Shown: positions 1 to 10,021 of the stretch, in pieces
How positions within the stretch are numbered: the stretch's first letter is position 1
How the letters are laid out: each line of letters begins with the position of its first letter
Virus record (IMG/VR): IMGVR_UViG_3300028571_000013
Location: 1-64,000 of that record
Origin: a virus
Length of the DNA: 64,000 nt
Strand: one strand, 5' to 3'
The notes under the pieces: model-generated
Told to the model about the DNA's origin: nothing
Databases searched by the model: none
What the model saw: the letters and a program-made list of their open reading frames with translations, nothing else
Program-made: the position numbers and the translations under genes

Positions 1-530
1 TGTTTGTCATACATGTATTTTCCGTAATCTATGATATGACAAACTGGAGGTCTGGCGTTGGGAGCAACTTCAACCAAATCTAAATCAAAACTTCTAGCCA
101 ATTGTAGGGCGGATCTACTTTGCATTACCCCTAAATTTTTCCCATCATGAATCACTAAAACCTGAGGTATTCTAATTTGTTCGTTGCATCTGATTCGATC
201 CTTTTTTGGATTATCATCAAACCTTGAATACCTTCCAAAATTACCATTTATAGCCATTAGGGCCTGCAAATCTTCAATTTTTTTCAACCATTGATCAAAA
301 AAATAATTCGGGGATCTTACACTTTTTTTAGACTCTGACATTCCGCCGCCGGAATCTCCTTGTTGGTCTGATCCCGTTGTTTCTTCTCCACTATGGTTAT
401 CGCCATAATAGGGATGATAATAACTTAAAAAGTTTATTGCAAACTTTTTATTTTTCTTTTTCTTTTTTCTTTTTTTAGATTTTGATTCTTTAAAAAGAAG
501 CCACTCTTCCCAATTAACAAATCGCCCCAT
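1..530 (-). CDS. infC: Translation initiation factor IF-3 (partial, runs off the window); IF-3 proper starts at 257, in frame with a 91-codon upstream ORF starting at 530
   Basis: Manual translation gives RIRCNEQIRIPQVLVIHDGKNLGVMQSRSALQLARSFDLDLVEVAPNARPPVCHIIDYGKYMY, the IF-3 N-domain signature; absent from the ORF track because it is open at the edge. Confidence 0.88.
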   Translation of the reverse strand, partial: MGRFVNWEEWLLFKESKSKKRKKKKKNKKFAINFLSYYHPYYGDNHSGEETTGSDQQGDSGGGMSESKKSVRSPNYFFDQWLKKIEDLQALMAINGNFGRYSRFDDNPKKDRIRCNEQIRIPQVLVIHDGKNLGVMQSRSALQLARSFDLDLVEVAPNARPPVCHIIDYGKYMYDK

Positions 531-750
531 AAGATTTTAATTCCTTTTTAAGCAAAAATAACTTATTGGAATATGTATCGATGTCGGCTGAGATTTGATT
601 AATTTCTGGATAGGGGTCAAAATCTTCATTTAAAGAATCATTTTCAATTCTATTCTTTATTAAACAACATTTAGACTGAGCTTCATTAAGCATTCCCAAG
701 CAAGAAAAACCTTCTTGGATCAAACTTTGAATTTTTAAGAAATCACTCAT
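514..750 (-). CDS. Hypothetical protein
   Basis: 78-aa ORF with GGAG RBS, in a run of co-oriented genes. Confidence 0.55.
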   Translation of the reverse strand: MSDFLKIQSLIQEGFSCLGMLNEAQSKCCLIKNRIENDSLNEDFDPYPEINQISADIDTYSNKLFLLKKELKSYGAIC

Positions 751-862
751 TTTATTTCTCCTTTTTTTAGTTTAGCTAAGTTTAATTTACCCGATTCAAT
801 TAAATTCAGAACTCGTAAACTTTCTTCGGTTATTTCTTTTTTTGATTTTTCATACAAAAAAG

Positions 863-1246
863 TTATGTCCAAATATCTTTTACGAAATCTTTTGAGCAAA
901 GTGTGACTACAGTGAAAGCCTGTGTGATTTGTAAAAAAATAACTGCCTCAAATGTTGTTTCTACTCTAGGATCATATCCTTCCATGAATTCAAGAGCAGA
1001 GTATCCAAAGCCTTGGTTAGCAGCGTGGTCGCTAGGGGCTTCATCAAGTTTTTGTTCTACTGTTGCTTTTTGATAACAAACTTCGTGCCAACATGATGGA
1101 TCTTTTGAACACAACGATCCATCAAAACCTGAGCCTGGGACTCTTCCGTACCCATCATAAAATCCGACGCAACCATTCATTCGAACAAACTCATCTGTCT
1201 TAATTTCGTGACCGCAACCCTTGCAGCACCAAGAAAACATTCCCAT
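863..1246 (-). CDS. Cys-motif hypothetical phage protein (C-terminus possibly frameshifted or fused)
   Basis: MGMFSWCCKGCGH...GFYDGYGRV; GGAG RBS upstream. Confidence 0.55.
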   Translation of the reverse strand: MGMFSWCCKGCGHEIKTDEFVRMNGCVGFYDGYGRVPGSGFDGSLCSKDPSCWHEVCYQKATVEQKLDEAPSDHAANQGFGYSALEFMEGYDPRVETTFEAVIFLQITQAFTVVTLCSKDFVKDIWT

Positions 1247-1267
1247 GTTGTTTCTCCTTTGTTAAAT

Positions 1268-1477
1268 TTAAATATTGTTATCTTGTTTTTTAATGTCAAC
1301 AATCGTCTGTTGTGTTGGCAAACTTAGTTCAACTATGCATAAGTGGTATGGAGTGTTTTCGTAAGAAAAATGATTAGCAACCACTTCGGCATCATTTGTG
1401 GATTCATATGGACCAAAGTATCTAACTTTAGCATTATCGTGTTCACAAATTAAAACAAATTTGGGCTTGGTGTTCAT
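1268..1477 (-). CDS. Small hypothetical protein, homolog of 21953..22141
   Basis: MNTKPKFVLI..YFGPYES vs KFVLIV..YFGPFDD. Confidence 0.5.
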   Translation of the reverse strand: MNTKPKFVLICEHDNAKVRYFGPYESTNDAEVVANHFSYENTPYHLCIVELSLPTQQTIVDIKKQDNNI

Positions 1478-1499
1478 GTGTTTGTTTTCAATCTCTAAT

Positions 1500-1859
1500 T
1501 TAATTGTTTTGCAAAATATCTTGAAGTTGCTCCGGAGGAACAAACCAAAACTTAGGCTTTCCAGATTCAAAATCTAAAACAAAAACAACATCAAACTGAG
1601 AACCCAAGTCATGAGCATTCCACACGGCCAAATTTAAATTATCAGATTCGTGTTGTGATCCTACGAGATAAGGGCTAATTTTTGTTTTAAATCTCCCGTA
1701 AAACCAATCACTCCAAAGTTTGGCATCTTTGTGATTTAGAGCAATTACTAAACCAGTCACTTCGTTGCCGTCTGGTCCTTTTTGTTTCCAAAAAACTGGT
1801 TTGCTATTTTGAATTAAAATGTAAACACCATCAAGAACATACATAAGTTTTTTCCTCAA
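1500..1859 (-). CDS. Hypothetical protein
   Basis: 119-aa ORF in the gene run. Confidence 0.5.
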   Translation of the reverse strand: MRKKLMYVLDGVYILIQNSKPVFWKQKGPDGNEVTGLVIALNHKDAKLWSDWFYGRFKTKISPYLVGSQHESDNLNLAVWNAHDLGSQFDVVFVLDFESGKPKFWFVPPEQLQDILQNN

Positions 1860-2625
1860 GTAACGAAGATTTAGCGAATTGTTCTGCGTATTTTTGAATC
1901 GCTTTATCTTTTGCTTTTAACTCAAAATCACAATCGAAGTCCAATCCATAAGTGTCAAATTTGTTAATCGCATAATCAGCGTGGGCACGAGGGTTATTGC
2001 CCTCTTTGCTTTCGCTGTAATGAAACAATGGCTTGGTGTCCCATGTATCGAAACACGCCTTGATTGCTTCTTCTTCAGTCATATTTTCGGGATGACAAGC
2101 ATGGTGAAGATAATCGAAAGTGATCGGCAAACGAGTTTTTTCATGAAACTCCATCAATTGTCGAACGCTCCAACAATTAAGTTTGTCATCATTTTCGACT
2201 ACTAAACGAGACTTGCAATTGTCATCAAGTTTTTCGAAGTTAGACAAAAACCGATCAATCACTTCATCATTTGAACCGGCTCTGTTGTTGATATGAAGGT
2301 TCATGGGGTTAACATGACTTGCTTCACAACCAATGCGATCAAAGAAACGACTATAAAAATTAAGTTCTTGAATCGTCTTGTCTACGGCAGCAGTGTTGGT
2401 TGAAGCCAATACATTATACTCGCTGGGATGCGCAGATATTCTTACTCCGCTTGTCAACACTGTATTTTTTAGCCGATCAAACGATTGCTCAATCTGTTCG
2501 TAATTTGGCAAATCTGATAGTGACGTTGAAACTTCATCACAAGTAATTAGCGGAAACAAATCGCTGCTAACTCTATAGCAATAGTCGTTCTCGGCACAAT
2601 ATTTAATGGCCTCGTCAGTGACCAC
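1831..2625 (-). CDS. uvsE: UV damage endonuclease UvsE/UVDE, apparently N-terminally truncated
   Basis: Motifs YRVSSDLFP, RISAHPSEYNVLAS, RLVVENDD, ITFDYLHH, PLFHYSES, RAHADY, ELKAKD; the usual N-terminal segment is missing. Confidence 0.85.
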   Translation of the reverse strand: MVTDEAIKYCAENDYCYRVSSDLFPLITCDEVSTSLSDLPNYEQIEQSFDRLKNTVLTSGVRISAHPSEYNVLASTNTAAVDKTIQELNFYSRFFDRIGCEASHVNPMNLHINNRAGSNDEVIDRFLSNFEKLDDNCKSRLVVENDDKLNCWSVRQLMEFHEKTRLPITFDYLHHACHPENMTEEEAIKACFDTWDTKPLFHYSESKEGNNPRAHADYAINKFDTYGLDFDCDFELKAKDKAIQKYAEQFAKSSLLEEKTYVCS

Positions 2626-2643
2626 AATGTACCGGGAGGAAAC

Positions 2644-3174
2644 TTACGAATCTAAGGCTCTATTAATTTTGTATATTGTTGTATCTAATTTTTCTGCTAA
2701 TTCTTGTTTTGATAAATTAAGGTTTTCATAGACCTCAATAATTAATTTATTTTCTTGATTTATTTCTTTGTACTGATTTAAATCTTTTTTTCTCCCAACA
2801 AGTTGATTTTTATTCGCCAGTTGTCTAGCTCTTTCTCTTGTTATGCCTAGTTCTCTAGCCCATTGACTAAGATTTTTACCTTCTATTAGACGACCAACCT
2901 TTGGAATAACACCAGTTTTAATAACCTTTTTAAATTCACCACTCTTAATTAACTTTATTATCTTTGATTTTGAAGTATTGAGCTTCTCAGCCCATTCTTT
3001 TGAAGAATGTCCAAAATATTTTGGATACTGTTTAATCTTAGGCTGCCAAACACCATCTATCACAGCTTCAAGCTGATTTATTTTTTTGAGCTGATATATA
3101 CGAGGAACAGAAAGATTTAATTCTTTTGCCCACTGTTTTGCAGACTTACCACGGACCAGATCTGTTTTTATCAT
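2644..3174 (-). CDS. Protein with multiple HTH repeats
   Basis: Repeats GKSAKQWAKELNLS / GHSSKEWAEKLNTS / GKNLSQWARELGITRERARQL. Confidence 0.65.
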   Translation of the reverse strand: MIKTDLVRGKSAKQWAKELNLSVPRIYQLKKINQLEAVIDGVWQPKIKQYPKYFGHSSKEWAEKLNTSKSKIIKLIKSGEFKKVIKTGVIPKVGRLIEGKNLSQWARELGITRERARQLANKNQLVGRKKDLNQYKEINQENKLIIEVYENLNLSKQELAEKLDTTIYKINRALDS

Positions 3175-3176
3175 GA

Positions 3177-3929
3177 TTAATTTACAAAAGAACTGTTTTC
3201 AAAATCTATTTCGTTTCTTACTTCTTTAAACTTTAATCCAATCACAACATTCTTGGGATCGTAATATCTCATATCATACTCATCGCCATTCACAACATCA
3301 AAATCCCAAAATTTCTCTGGAACTATATCTTTAAAAACAACAGCTACCCTAGTGCTGTCTATATTCAAGGCGTTCAAACAATCTTCTTTATTTTCTCCGC
3401 TGTAGCTGAATGTTATGTCGTAATTAGAATACTTTTTAGCGAGATCTATTCTTCTGTATAGCTTTGTATAGTCATAGAATTGATTTTCATTAAAAATTTC
3501 TAATATATTTTTGTCACCCAAGACAAACTGCTCTGGCGATATATCGCTGGTATTATTCAGTCTAACCGAAAACCTTTGATTCTGTCTAGTGGCTTTTTCT
3601 CTTACCGCTTGGATTTCATCAATCATCCAACGCATAAAGAAATCTCTATTTTCAAAAAATAATTTAGTCTTAGCGATCCTGGATTTATTTATCTTGTTTG
3701 CTTTGACGTCTATTTTATTCAGTCCAGATTCATGCAAACAAGCTCTTGTGCAATCTTTTGTTCTGAGGGGACAAACTTCATAACCAGATATGTCTGCTGG
3801 GGCTAAATAAAGCGAATACGTAAGTTCATTATACTTATAGGCTTTTATGTGTTTTGCAGTAAGATTAACAGAGCCTAAATAAGAAATTCCAGTTTCTTTG
3901 ACTGCCTGGGATCGGTTTTTATAAATCAC
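3177..3929 (-). CDS. Gp88-like phage protein
   Basis: LYLAPA, VCP..T..C...CL..SG, VRLNNTSDI, FYDYTK, TFSYS, GDEYDMRY motifs. Confidence 0.7.
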   Translation of the reverse strand: MIYKNRSQAVKETGISYLGSVNLTAKHIKAYKYNELTYSLYLAPADISGYEVCPLRTKDCTRACLHESGLNKIDVKANKINKSRIAKTKLFFENRDFFMRWMIDEIQAVREKATRQNQRFSVRLNNTSDISPEQFVLGDKNILEIFNENQFYDYTKLYRRIDLAKKYSNYDITFSYSGENKEDCLNALNIDSTRVAVVFKDIVPEKFWDFDVVNGDEYDMRYYDPKNVVIGLKFKEVRNEIDFENSSFVN

Positions 3930-4329
3930 TTTCTCACCTAAAAAATAAAAAGACGCCCAAGTTTTTCAACCAGAGCGTCCAATTTAGACCATTTTATAAA
4001 AAATAGATCAGAGTTCAACAACGTTTGCGTAATCAGCAACGGTTTGAATAACGTCGGTGAATGTATCACCGTCTTTTAGTCTGCTGACCATTTTGTAACC
4101 GCTGTTCTTAACAAGAACCATATCCATTGTTCTTTGGATGCTGTTGCCATTGACAAGAACGTCTAAAGAACCTTCTGTCCCGAGGTTTACAACATCGGGA
4201 GTTAGTTTAACTGCATAGCTAGCCATAATTATTCTCCTTAATTTAAGATCTTTAGAAGAAAACATTTCTTCTATAAGTATATAGAATTCTTTTATTTAAA
4301 AAATTTACAATAAAATGGATAGCTAATGT

Positions 4330-4929
4330 ATGGGTGGGTTATTTTACTTCATTGTGTTTCTGCTTTTTTCCCCAATATTCTTAATTTATTTGATTTGTTG
4401 CTTGTTTTTACCGCTGTTTAAGAGCGGCAAAATCGATAAATCGAACGGCAGAAAAAAGATTTTTATAATAAAAGATGCTATTCATTCTGATTACGTTTTT
4501 GAATCAAAAGATTGGCTAAATGTATTCGAAACTGATAAGAGATACGTTTCAATAGGTTGGGGTGACAGGTCAATATTCTTGGAGACACAAAAGTGGTCAG
4601 ATCTAAAGATTGAAAATTTCGTCAAAGCTTTCTTTGGATTAAATAAAACCGTATTAAGAGTAGACTTTTTGGATGAAATTCCCGAAGAAAAAAGATCGAA
4701 AGAGTTCACTGTAAACAAAAAACAATTCAATATATTAAAGAAGCATGTAACAAATTCGCACAATAAACAAAAAATAAAAAAAGAAGATTGGCATTATCAA
4801 ACTGGCGACTTTTATGAGTCAAATCTAAAGTATAACTGTATCACAAACTGTAATAACTGGATTAATGCCGGATTAAGAAAGTGTGGTTTATCAAACAGAA
4901 TTTGGTGTCCGTTAAGCTTTTGGGTTTAA
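4330..4929 (+). CDS. DUF2459 family membrane-anchored protein
   Basis: N-terminal TM; IHSD, IGWGDRSIFLET, YNCITNCNNW motifs; only clear plus-strand gene in the left block. Confidence 0.7.
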   Translation: MGGLFYFIVFLLFSPIFLIYLICCLFLPLFKSGKIDKSNGRKKIFIIKDAIHSDYVFESKDWLNVFETDKRYVSIGWGDRSIFLETQKWSDLKIENFVKAFFGLNKTVLRVDFLDEIPEEKRSKEFTVNKKQFNILKKHVTNSHNKQKIKKEDWHYQTGDFYESNLKYNCITNCNNWINAGLRKCGLSNRIWCPLSFWV

Positions 4930-5285
4930 TTTTCAAAAGATCCAAGAACAACCAGTTTTTGAGCATTTTCTCTGGTTGTCAAAACAAAAAAACGACCAAT
5001 TGAATCACCATGAGCCGAATGATATTCCGTTCGAAAAATTATTTTATTTTTAATTCTATGCTGTTCTCTGTTGATTAGATTTAATAGTGTGATTTCTAGT
5101 TCGCCTGAATCACATATTGGTATTAGCTCTATGTTATTTTTATCAAGAAAACAAGACCAATTTTGCAAAATTTCACTACTTGTAACTTTTACTGATAAAT
5201 TTGATGAAATTAAATAAGCTTGCTGTATGTATTTTCTTTGCAAAATATCAGATAGGTCACCAATAAGCTTGTCTAAATTGTCCAT
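4926..5285 (-). CDS. Hypothetical protein
   Basis: 119-aa ORF coupled to the upstream gene. Confidence 0.5.
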   Translation of the reverse strand: MDNLDKLIGDLSDILQRKYIQQAYLISSNLSVKVTSSEILQNWSCFLDKNNIELIPICDSGELEITLLNLINREQHRIKNKIIFRTEYHSAHGDSIGRFFVLTTRENAQKLVVLGSFEN

Positions 5286-5914
5286 TAAAATTGATATTTC
5301 TTAGATGGGTGTCGAAACTTAATCTGCCAAGAGCTGTTGTTACTTGCAGAATAACAATCCTTGAGAATTGCATCCTTCTTTTTGAGAACAAAACCTTCGT
5401 CTACCGTTTTGTCTTCAATATTCTTAAACATATCATACATACCACCTTCAAAATTTCGAGCCAACAAAAACCTAGGCTCAATCTCATAATGGGAATACAT
5501 CTGCTGCTTGTGATCTGCCTGAAAGATTTCCTTAAGAAGATTTTGGCGATCCACGAACTTTGAGCCATAAAGTTCTTCAGAATTGTGCACAAGAATATCA
5601 AAAATATAAACTGTGTCCTTGATATTTACTGTCTTTGAATGAAGAACTTCACCCACAAGAACGTGCCACTTATTCGCAGGAAGATACTTGGCAAAACAAC
5701 CGTGGAAATACTCCGAAAATACCCACTGCTTATGCTTATCATTATGCCTTGTCATTGCAATAAAATCAGTAGGATGATTTATTGCAAAAATACTGCAAGT
5801 TCCATTCTTTTTGTATTGACCCACAAAACCATGCTTTTCATAGTATGAAATTCTGTCTGGGGTTAAAGCATTTTCTGGTCGTGGAGGATAGAGATACTTG
5901 AAGGAATTATACAT
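5285..5914 (-). CDS. ATP-dependent ligase-fold nucleotidyltransferase (adenylation domain only)
   Basis: Motif I-like QYKKNG, GEVL, YIFDIL, EGFVLK, WQIKFR. Confidence 0.7.
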   Translation of the reverse strand: MYNSFKYLYPPRPENALTPDRISYYEKHGFVGQYKKNGTCSIFAINHPTDFIAMTRHNDKHKQWVFSEYFHGCFAKYLPANKWHVLVGEVLHSKTVNIKDTVYIFDILVHNSEELYGSKFVDRQNLLKEIFQADHKQQMYSHYEIEPRFLLARNFEGGMYDMFKNIEDKTVDEGFVLKKKDAILKDCYSASNNSSWQIKFRHPSKKYQF

Positions 5915-5975
5915 ATATTTCTCTTGTTGGTGTTTCCTGCCACCAACAGAGCGTACCGGGAGGAAACTCCCGGCA

Positions 5976-6155
5976 TCAATTTTTTAGTTTTCTACAAATA
6001 CATTTATCGCAACAAGGTTCGCCAGGAATACATCTAAGTCCATCGCATTGATTTTTGCATTCAGGACCGCATTTTTCGTCTCCACATTTACAAGAAACTT
6101 CTTTACATCCAATGCAAAATAATGATAAAAGTAAAATTAAAAAAAATGTTCTCAT
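5976..6155 (-). CDS. 59-aa Cys-rich putative lipoprotein
   Basis: Manual translation MRTFFLILLLSLFCIGCKEVSCKCGDEKCGPECKNQCDGLRCIPGEPCCDKCICRKLKN; ACTAAATA box just upstream. Confidence 0.6.
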   Translation of the reverse strand: MRTFFLILLLSLFCIGCKEVSCKCGDEKCGPECKNQCDGLRCIPGEPCCDKCICRKLKN

Positions 6156-6170
6156 GAAATATTTAGTATT

Positions 6171-7382
6171 TCAAGATCCATAATTGCTATAATTTATTTC
6201 ATATTCATTAAAAATATTATTTAACTGTTCTTTTTCGATATCTGACAGTTCTCTTTTTACAACAATATCAACTTTTAAATTATCAAATTTCACCTGGACG
6301 ATATCTTGCTTAAAACCCAGTTTAGAGACTTGTTGTTTTATAGATGTTAATTTTGTTGTTCCTTTTAAACCAAACGGTCTATTTTCAAGCATCTTAAAAG
6401 AACGATACAATCTACCACAATCACATCTTTGATAATCATCAGATATTTTACAAAGATCTCCATTCCAATAACGAATAAAAGGAGCGGGTAAAGAGAAGTA
6501 ATCTGTACTTATCATTTTATTATTTTCACCCTCTTCAACCCAACTTAAATTATCCATCAAATGATAAGTTCCAAATTTACATGTAAAAAATGTTGCTCCG
6601 CCATCCCAGCATCTCATATGATCACAAAAATTATCGATATATTCATTTTCTTTCAAATAATAAGCATCTTGCTTTATCAAAAACTCTCCTGTATGACTCA
6701 GTAATTTGCAGAGTTTGTTTGTATAATTAAATTTTTTTAAATAAAAACAAAGAGTGTTTATTGAAGGTCCGGTTGATATAATCACATCGAATGATTTGTT
6801 TTCTATGAATTCGAATAACTTTTTATGCCAAACATCTGGATTTTCGATATAATCATTAAAATTAACAAAATATCTTTTGCTACTTATAGATTTGTGAGTA
6901 TGCATTGTAAAATCAGAGTCACCATTCTGCTCTACACCAAACTCTTCTATTTTAGGGTTATAAGGCAGTTTCATTAAAACCAATATACTGATATCTTTTC
7001 TGGAGATATCAAACTCATCCAATATCATCCCGTATTGATGATCATCTTCTATATGACTTATATACTTGCTCCAAATGCTATATGAAAAGGGGTCGCCGGT
7101 TGTGCTACCACTTGTTGAAAAATTTTGTGATTGTTCTTTCAACTCTTCAACATACCAATCATCTTTATTCAACAAATCTTTTCTATTGTATGTTTTGACG
7201 CCATCATGATTTTTATAAACTAAGCTTTTATTTACTGCCCAATCTTCTACGTTATTCTTTAATTTCTCCACTACTCTTCTGACAATAATCTCTTCTGAAA
7301 ACATCAATCTATGAGCAAATTTAGAATAAGCTTCTATTGTTTGAATTGGACCTAGTTCGGTGTTTAAAAACTGTTCAATCAA
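6171..7382 (-). CDS. Phenylacetate-CoA ligase/CapK-like adenylate-forming enzyme
   Basis: STSGSTTGDPF P-loop, PFIRYWNGD, CDCGR motifs. Confidence 0.7.
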   Translation of the reverse strand: MIEQFLNTELGPIQTIEAYSKFAHRLMFSEEIIVRRVVEKLKNNVEDWAVNKSLVYKNHDGVKTYNRKDLLNKDDWYVEELKEQSQNFSTSGSTTGDPFSYSIWSKYISHIEDDHQYGMILDEFDISRKDISILVLMKLPYNPKIEEFGVEQNGDSDFTMHTHKSISSKRYFVNFNDYIENPDVWHKKLFEFIENKSFDVIISTGPSINTLCFYLKKFNYTNKLCKLLSHTGEFLIKQDAYYLKENEYIDNFCDHMRCWDGGATFFTCKFGTYHLMDNLSWVEEGENNKMISTDYFSLPAPFIRYWNGDLCKISDDYQRCDCGRLYRSFKMLENRPFGLKGTTKLTSIKQQVSKLGFKQDIVQVKFDNLKVDIVVKRELSDIEKEQLNNIFNEYEINYSNYGS

Positions 7383-8644
7383 GATATGTCCTCCAGAGGA
7401 TAGTTTGTATATTCTGTTTCGTCATTAGGAACTATTTCTATTTTCTCGAGAATAACCGAAAGCCTTCTAACATCTTTGCTTTCACCAAGATCGATAGGAA
7501 CAAAACAATCCGAACTAATCATCAATACATTTGGATTTTCTATTTCTACAACATTCTTGCCTTCTTGAAATATAGAGAAAATCTCTTTATCGTTTAATAT
7601 TATTTTAAAGCTCTTTAATTGTCTGATCTTTCTCAGATGTAATTTTACCTTTGATATATTATTAAATATAAAACTATTATGATCCGAAAGCCACAATATA
7701 TCGTTTTCAACAGGATATCTGGAGCTGTTAATACATATGGAAGCTGTGTCTTTTATCTTAAAATCTTCTTTTCTTTCAACCAAATATTCTTTTAAATCAT
7801 TTTTCAATTTTTCGTTTGATACTATCTGGTATAAATCGTTTTTTTTCTTAAAATTCTTTTTAAATGTTATTTTGTTGATTATTCCGTATCTTGAATCGTA
7901 TTGTCTGTGTTTTATCATTCCGTGAAACAAATGAGTCAGAACAATATCTTTTAAATATGTTGCAGAACCCAAGCCGCTCTTTTTAATAAAATCAACGCAA
8001 TTATTTATGTAATCCAACGCTTCAGATCTAATGTCTGGGCATATTCTATTAAGAAAATCTAATTTGATAAAATTATCAGAAAAGAAAGGGATGATGTTTA
8101 TGGTATCCCCTCCACCCACAACGCATTTATCGAAAAGTCCACCAGCAGCCGTTAGATAGTCTCTCCTATACGCTACAAGAGCCCCAGGATTGCCAAAATC
8201 CACAACCCTACTCTTTTGCATATACGATACAATACCGGCGTAAAAACTGTCGTAGGAGCCTTCTACGGGCCCAAGATACTTTATTTTATCGTATGGTTGG
8301 ACAAACACATATTCGTTTAATAAATCGCTGGTCTTTTCAACCCAACCAGAATCATTAAAAATAAGATCGCAATCAGAAACTATAATTTTTGTATAGCTTT
8401 CTGGGATTTTTTTAAGTAAAAAATTTATAGCACATTCTTTGTGCCATAAATCATCTTCGCTCAACAACAAAAAATGATTTTTTGTTGGAGTCAATCTTGG
8501 CTGATCATTTTTTGTTATTTCACAAACAAAAAGATGATCTTCCATTCCGTTTGATTTAACGGAATCCAAGAATTTATAGAAATTCTGAGTTCGATTCTCA
8601 GAATTAGTGGGATTATAAAAACAAGTTAATATGCAAACATCCAT
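7379..8644 (-). CDS. Glycosyltransferase (GT-A fold)
   Basis: WHKECAIN, DCD motif, VQPY, GGLFDKCVVGGGD, HLFHG. Confidence 0.7.
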   Translation of the reverse strand: MDVCILTCFYNPTNSENRTQNFYKFLDSVKSNGMEDHLFVCEITKNDQPRLTPTKNHFLLLSEDDLWHKECAINFLLKKIPESYTKIIVSDCDLIFNDSGWVEKTSDLLNEYVFVQPYDKIKYLGPVEGSYDSFYAGIVSYMQKSRVVDFGNPGALVAYRRDYLTAAGGLFDKCVVGGGDTINIIPFFSDNFIKLDFLNRICPDIRSEALDYINNCVDFIKKSGLGSATYLKDIVLTHLFHGMIKHRQYDSRYGIINKITFKKNFKKKNDLYQIVSNEKLKNDLKEYLVERKEDFKIKDTASICINSSRYPVENDILWLSDHNSFIFNNISKVKLHLRKIRQLKSFKIILNDKEIFSIFQEGKNVVEIENPNVLMISSDCFVPIDLGESKDVRRLSVILEKIEIVPNDETEYTNYPLEDIS

Positions 8645-8674
8645 AGTGTAAATAATATACACTATGGATGTTTG
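8634..8674. repeat. Perfect 17-bp inverted repeat with 7-nt loop over the glycosyltransferase start codon
   Basis: caaacatccatagtgta-aataata-tacactatggatgtttg. Confidence 0.9.
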
Positions 8675-8689
8675 TTTTTCAACTGTGAA

Positions 8690-10021
8690 TTATTCCTTAA
8701 AAATCAATCCCTTTTCCATCAAGAGAGAGCAAACTTCTTTTTTCTCGGAAGGTGTTGCAGGACGATTGCCTCTTCCATTAAATTGAACAATGTTCTTGCT
8801 TGAAATTTCAACATTATAAATCATTTCGTTGGTATCTGTGGACATTAGTGCAAAAACAATACATCCTTTTTGAGCAACCTTTTTATCATATCCGGCCTTG
8901 CCAATACAATTTTGCATTAGGTTAGTCCATTCCTTCAAGTCATAGTTTGTCTTGGGGAAAAGGAATCTGAGCTTACCAACCTCAACATCATTGAGTTCCC
9001 AAAATTCTGGGAAATTTTTGTCAATATCAAGGTTGATCTCTGGATCACCGAGCTTTCTATGCTCAGACCTAAGATATTCAAAGATTGTCTGGCAATCGTT
9101 GCTGAATTGAATTCTTTGGATATCCAGATTGATCTTTTCTTTAAGATCAACAAAATAACCACCAATTTCAACAAGATGAACTTGTTCTTTTGCACTTGCC
9201 AAAAGATTTAGTATCTTCTTTTGGCTATAGGTTCCATTTTTCTCAACACTATATTCTTTGAGAAACGTATTGAAATTTCTATAGCTTGAAACGTCACCAT
9301 GAGTAATCTTGAAAAGCTTTTTCTCAAGAACTTCATAAAGATTATCTGGATGAAGAACGTCTTTGAAAGCATCTCCAAAAAGCAGAAAAGTATGATCGAC
9401 GAAATTGATTGCTGGCTTGAACATCTCTTGAATTGCAATCTTTTTCAGCTTTTTGGCGGAAAAGCCAAAAATAGAAGTTAAGATATCGTCAAGATTCTTT
9501 CTCTCGTAAAAGAAATTGCTGTATTCCTCAGGGACCGAAGCGACGTTATAGAAGTTGATGGAACCAACTTCTTGATTCCTTTTATTGAGAATACTCTTGG
9601 TTTGGTCTGCATTACCATTTCTGTAGACCAGATAAAAGCCATCTTCAGTAATAGGATATGCCCCATTCTCAACAAGAGCATTGATCATCTGGCTTGCAGT
9701 TTCATTGTCCACCCTGGTCTTAAGGTTGAACCAAAAATTGAGAAGACTCTTGAATACCCAACTGCTTTCCTTGTATTTCAGAAATTGATTGCCAAGAACG
9801 CTAGGGATTGGCTCTCCCTTGAAACATACCAAGCCATCTTCAACAACAAAACCATCCTTATCAAGATTCTTGGTGGGGTCTACGGCGACCTTTACAGAAT
9901 CAAAATCTTGATTTGAAAGAGCTTGCTTGATTCTGGCGTAACGATAATCATCCTTGCTGATGGTGTGAACTGTGCCATCAAAAGAAAGAACTATCGAGTT
10001 GTTGAGATTATAGTATTTCAT
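8690..10021 (-). CDS. rIIB-like protein with C-terminal PcfJ-like domain
   Basis: rIIB-like N-terminus (LLNFWFNL, YPITEDGFYLVYR); C-terminal LKEWTNLMQNCIG..IVQFNGRGN; downstream of an rIIA-like gene. Confidence 0.6.
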   Translation of the reverse strand: MKYYNLNNSIVLSFDGTVHTISKDDYRYARIKQALSNQDFDSVKVAVDPTKNLDKDGFVVEDGLVCFKGEPIPSVLGNQFLKYKESSWVFKSLLNFWFNLKTRVDNETASQMINALVENGAYPITEDGFYLVYRNGNADQTKSILNKRNQEVGSINFYNVASVPEEYSNFFYERKNLDDILTSIFGFSAKKLKKIAIQEMFKPAINFVDHTFLLFGDAFKDVLHPDNLYEVLEKKLFKITHGDVSSYRNFNTFLKEYSVEKNGTYSQKKILNLLASAKEQVHLVEIGGYFVDLKEKINLDIQRIQFSNDCQTIFEYLRSEHRKLGDPEINLDIDKNFPEFWELNDVEVGKLRFLFPKTNYDLKEWTNLMQNCIGKAGYDKKVAQKGCIVFALMSTDTNEMIYNVEISSKNIVQFNGRGNRPATPSEKKEVCSLLMEKGLIFKE

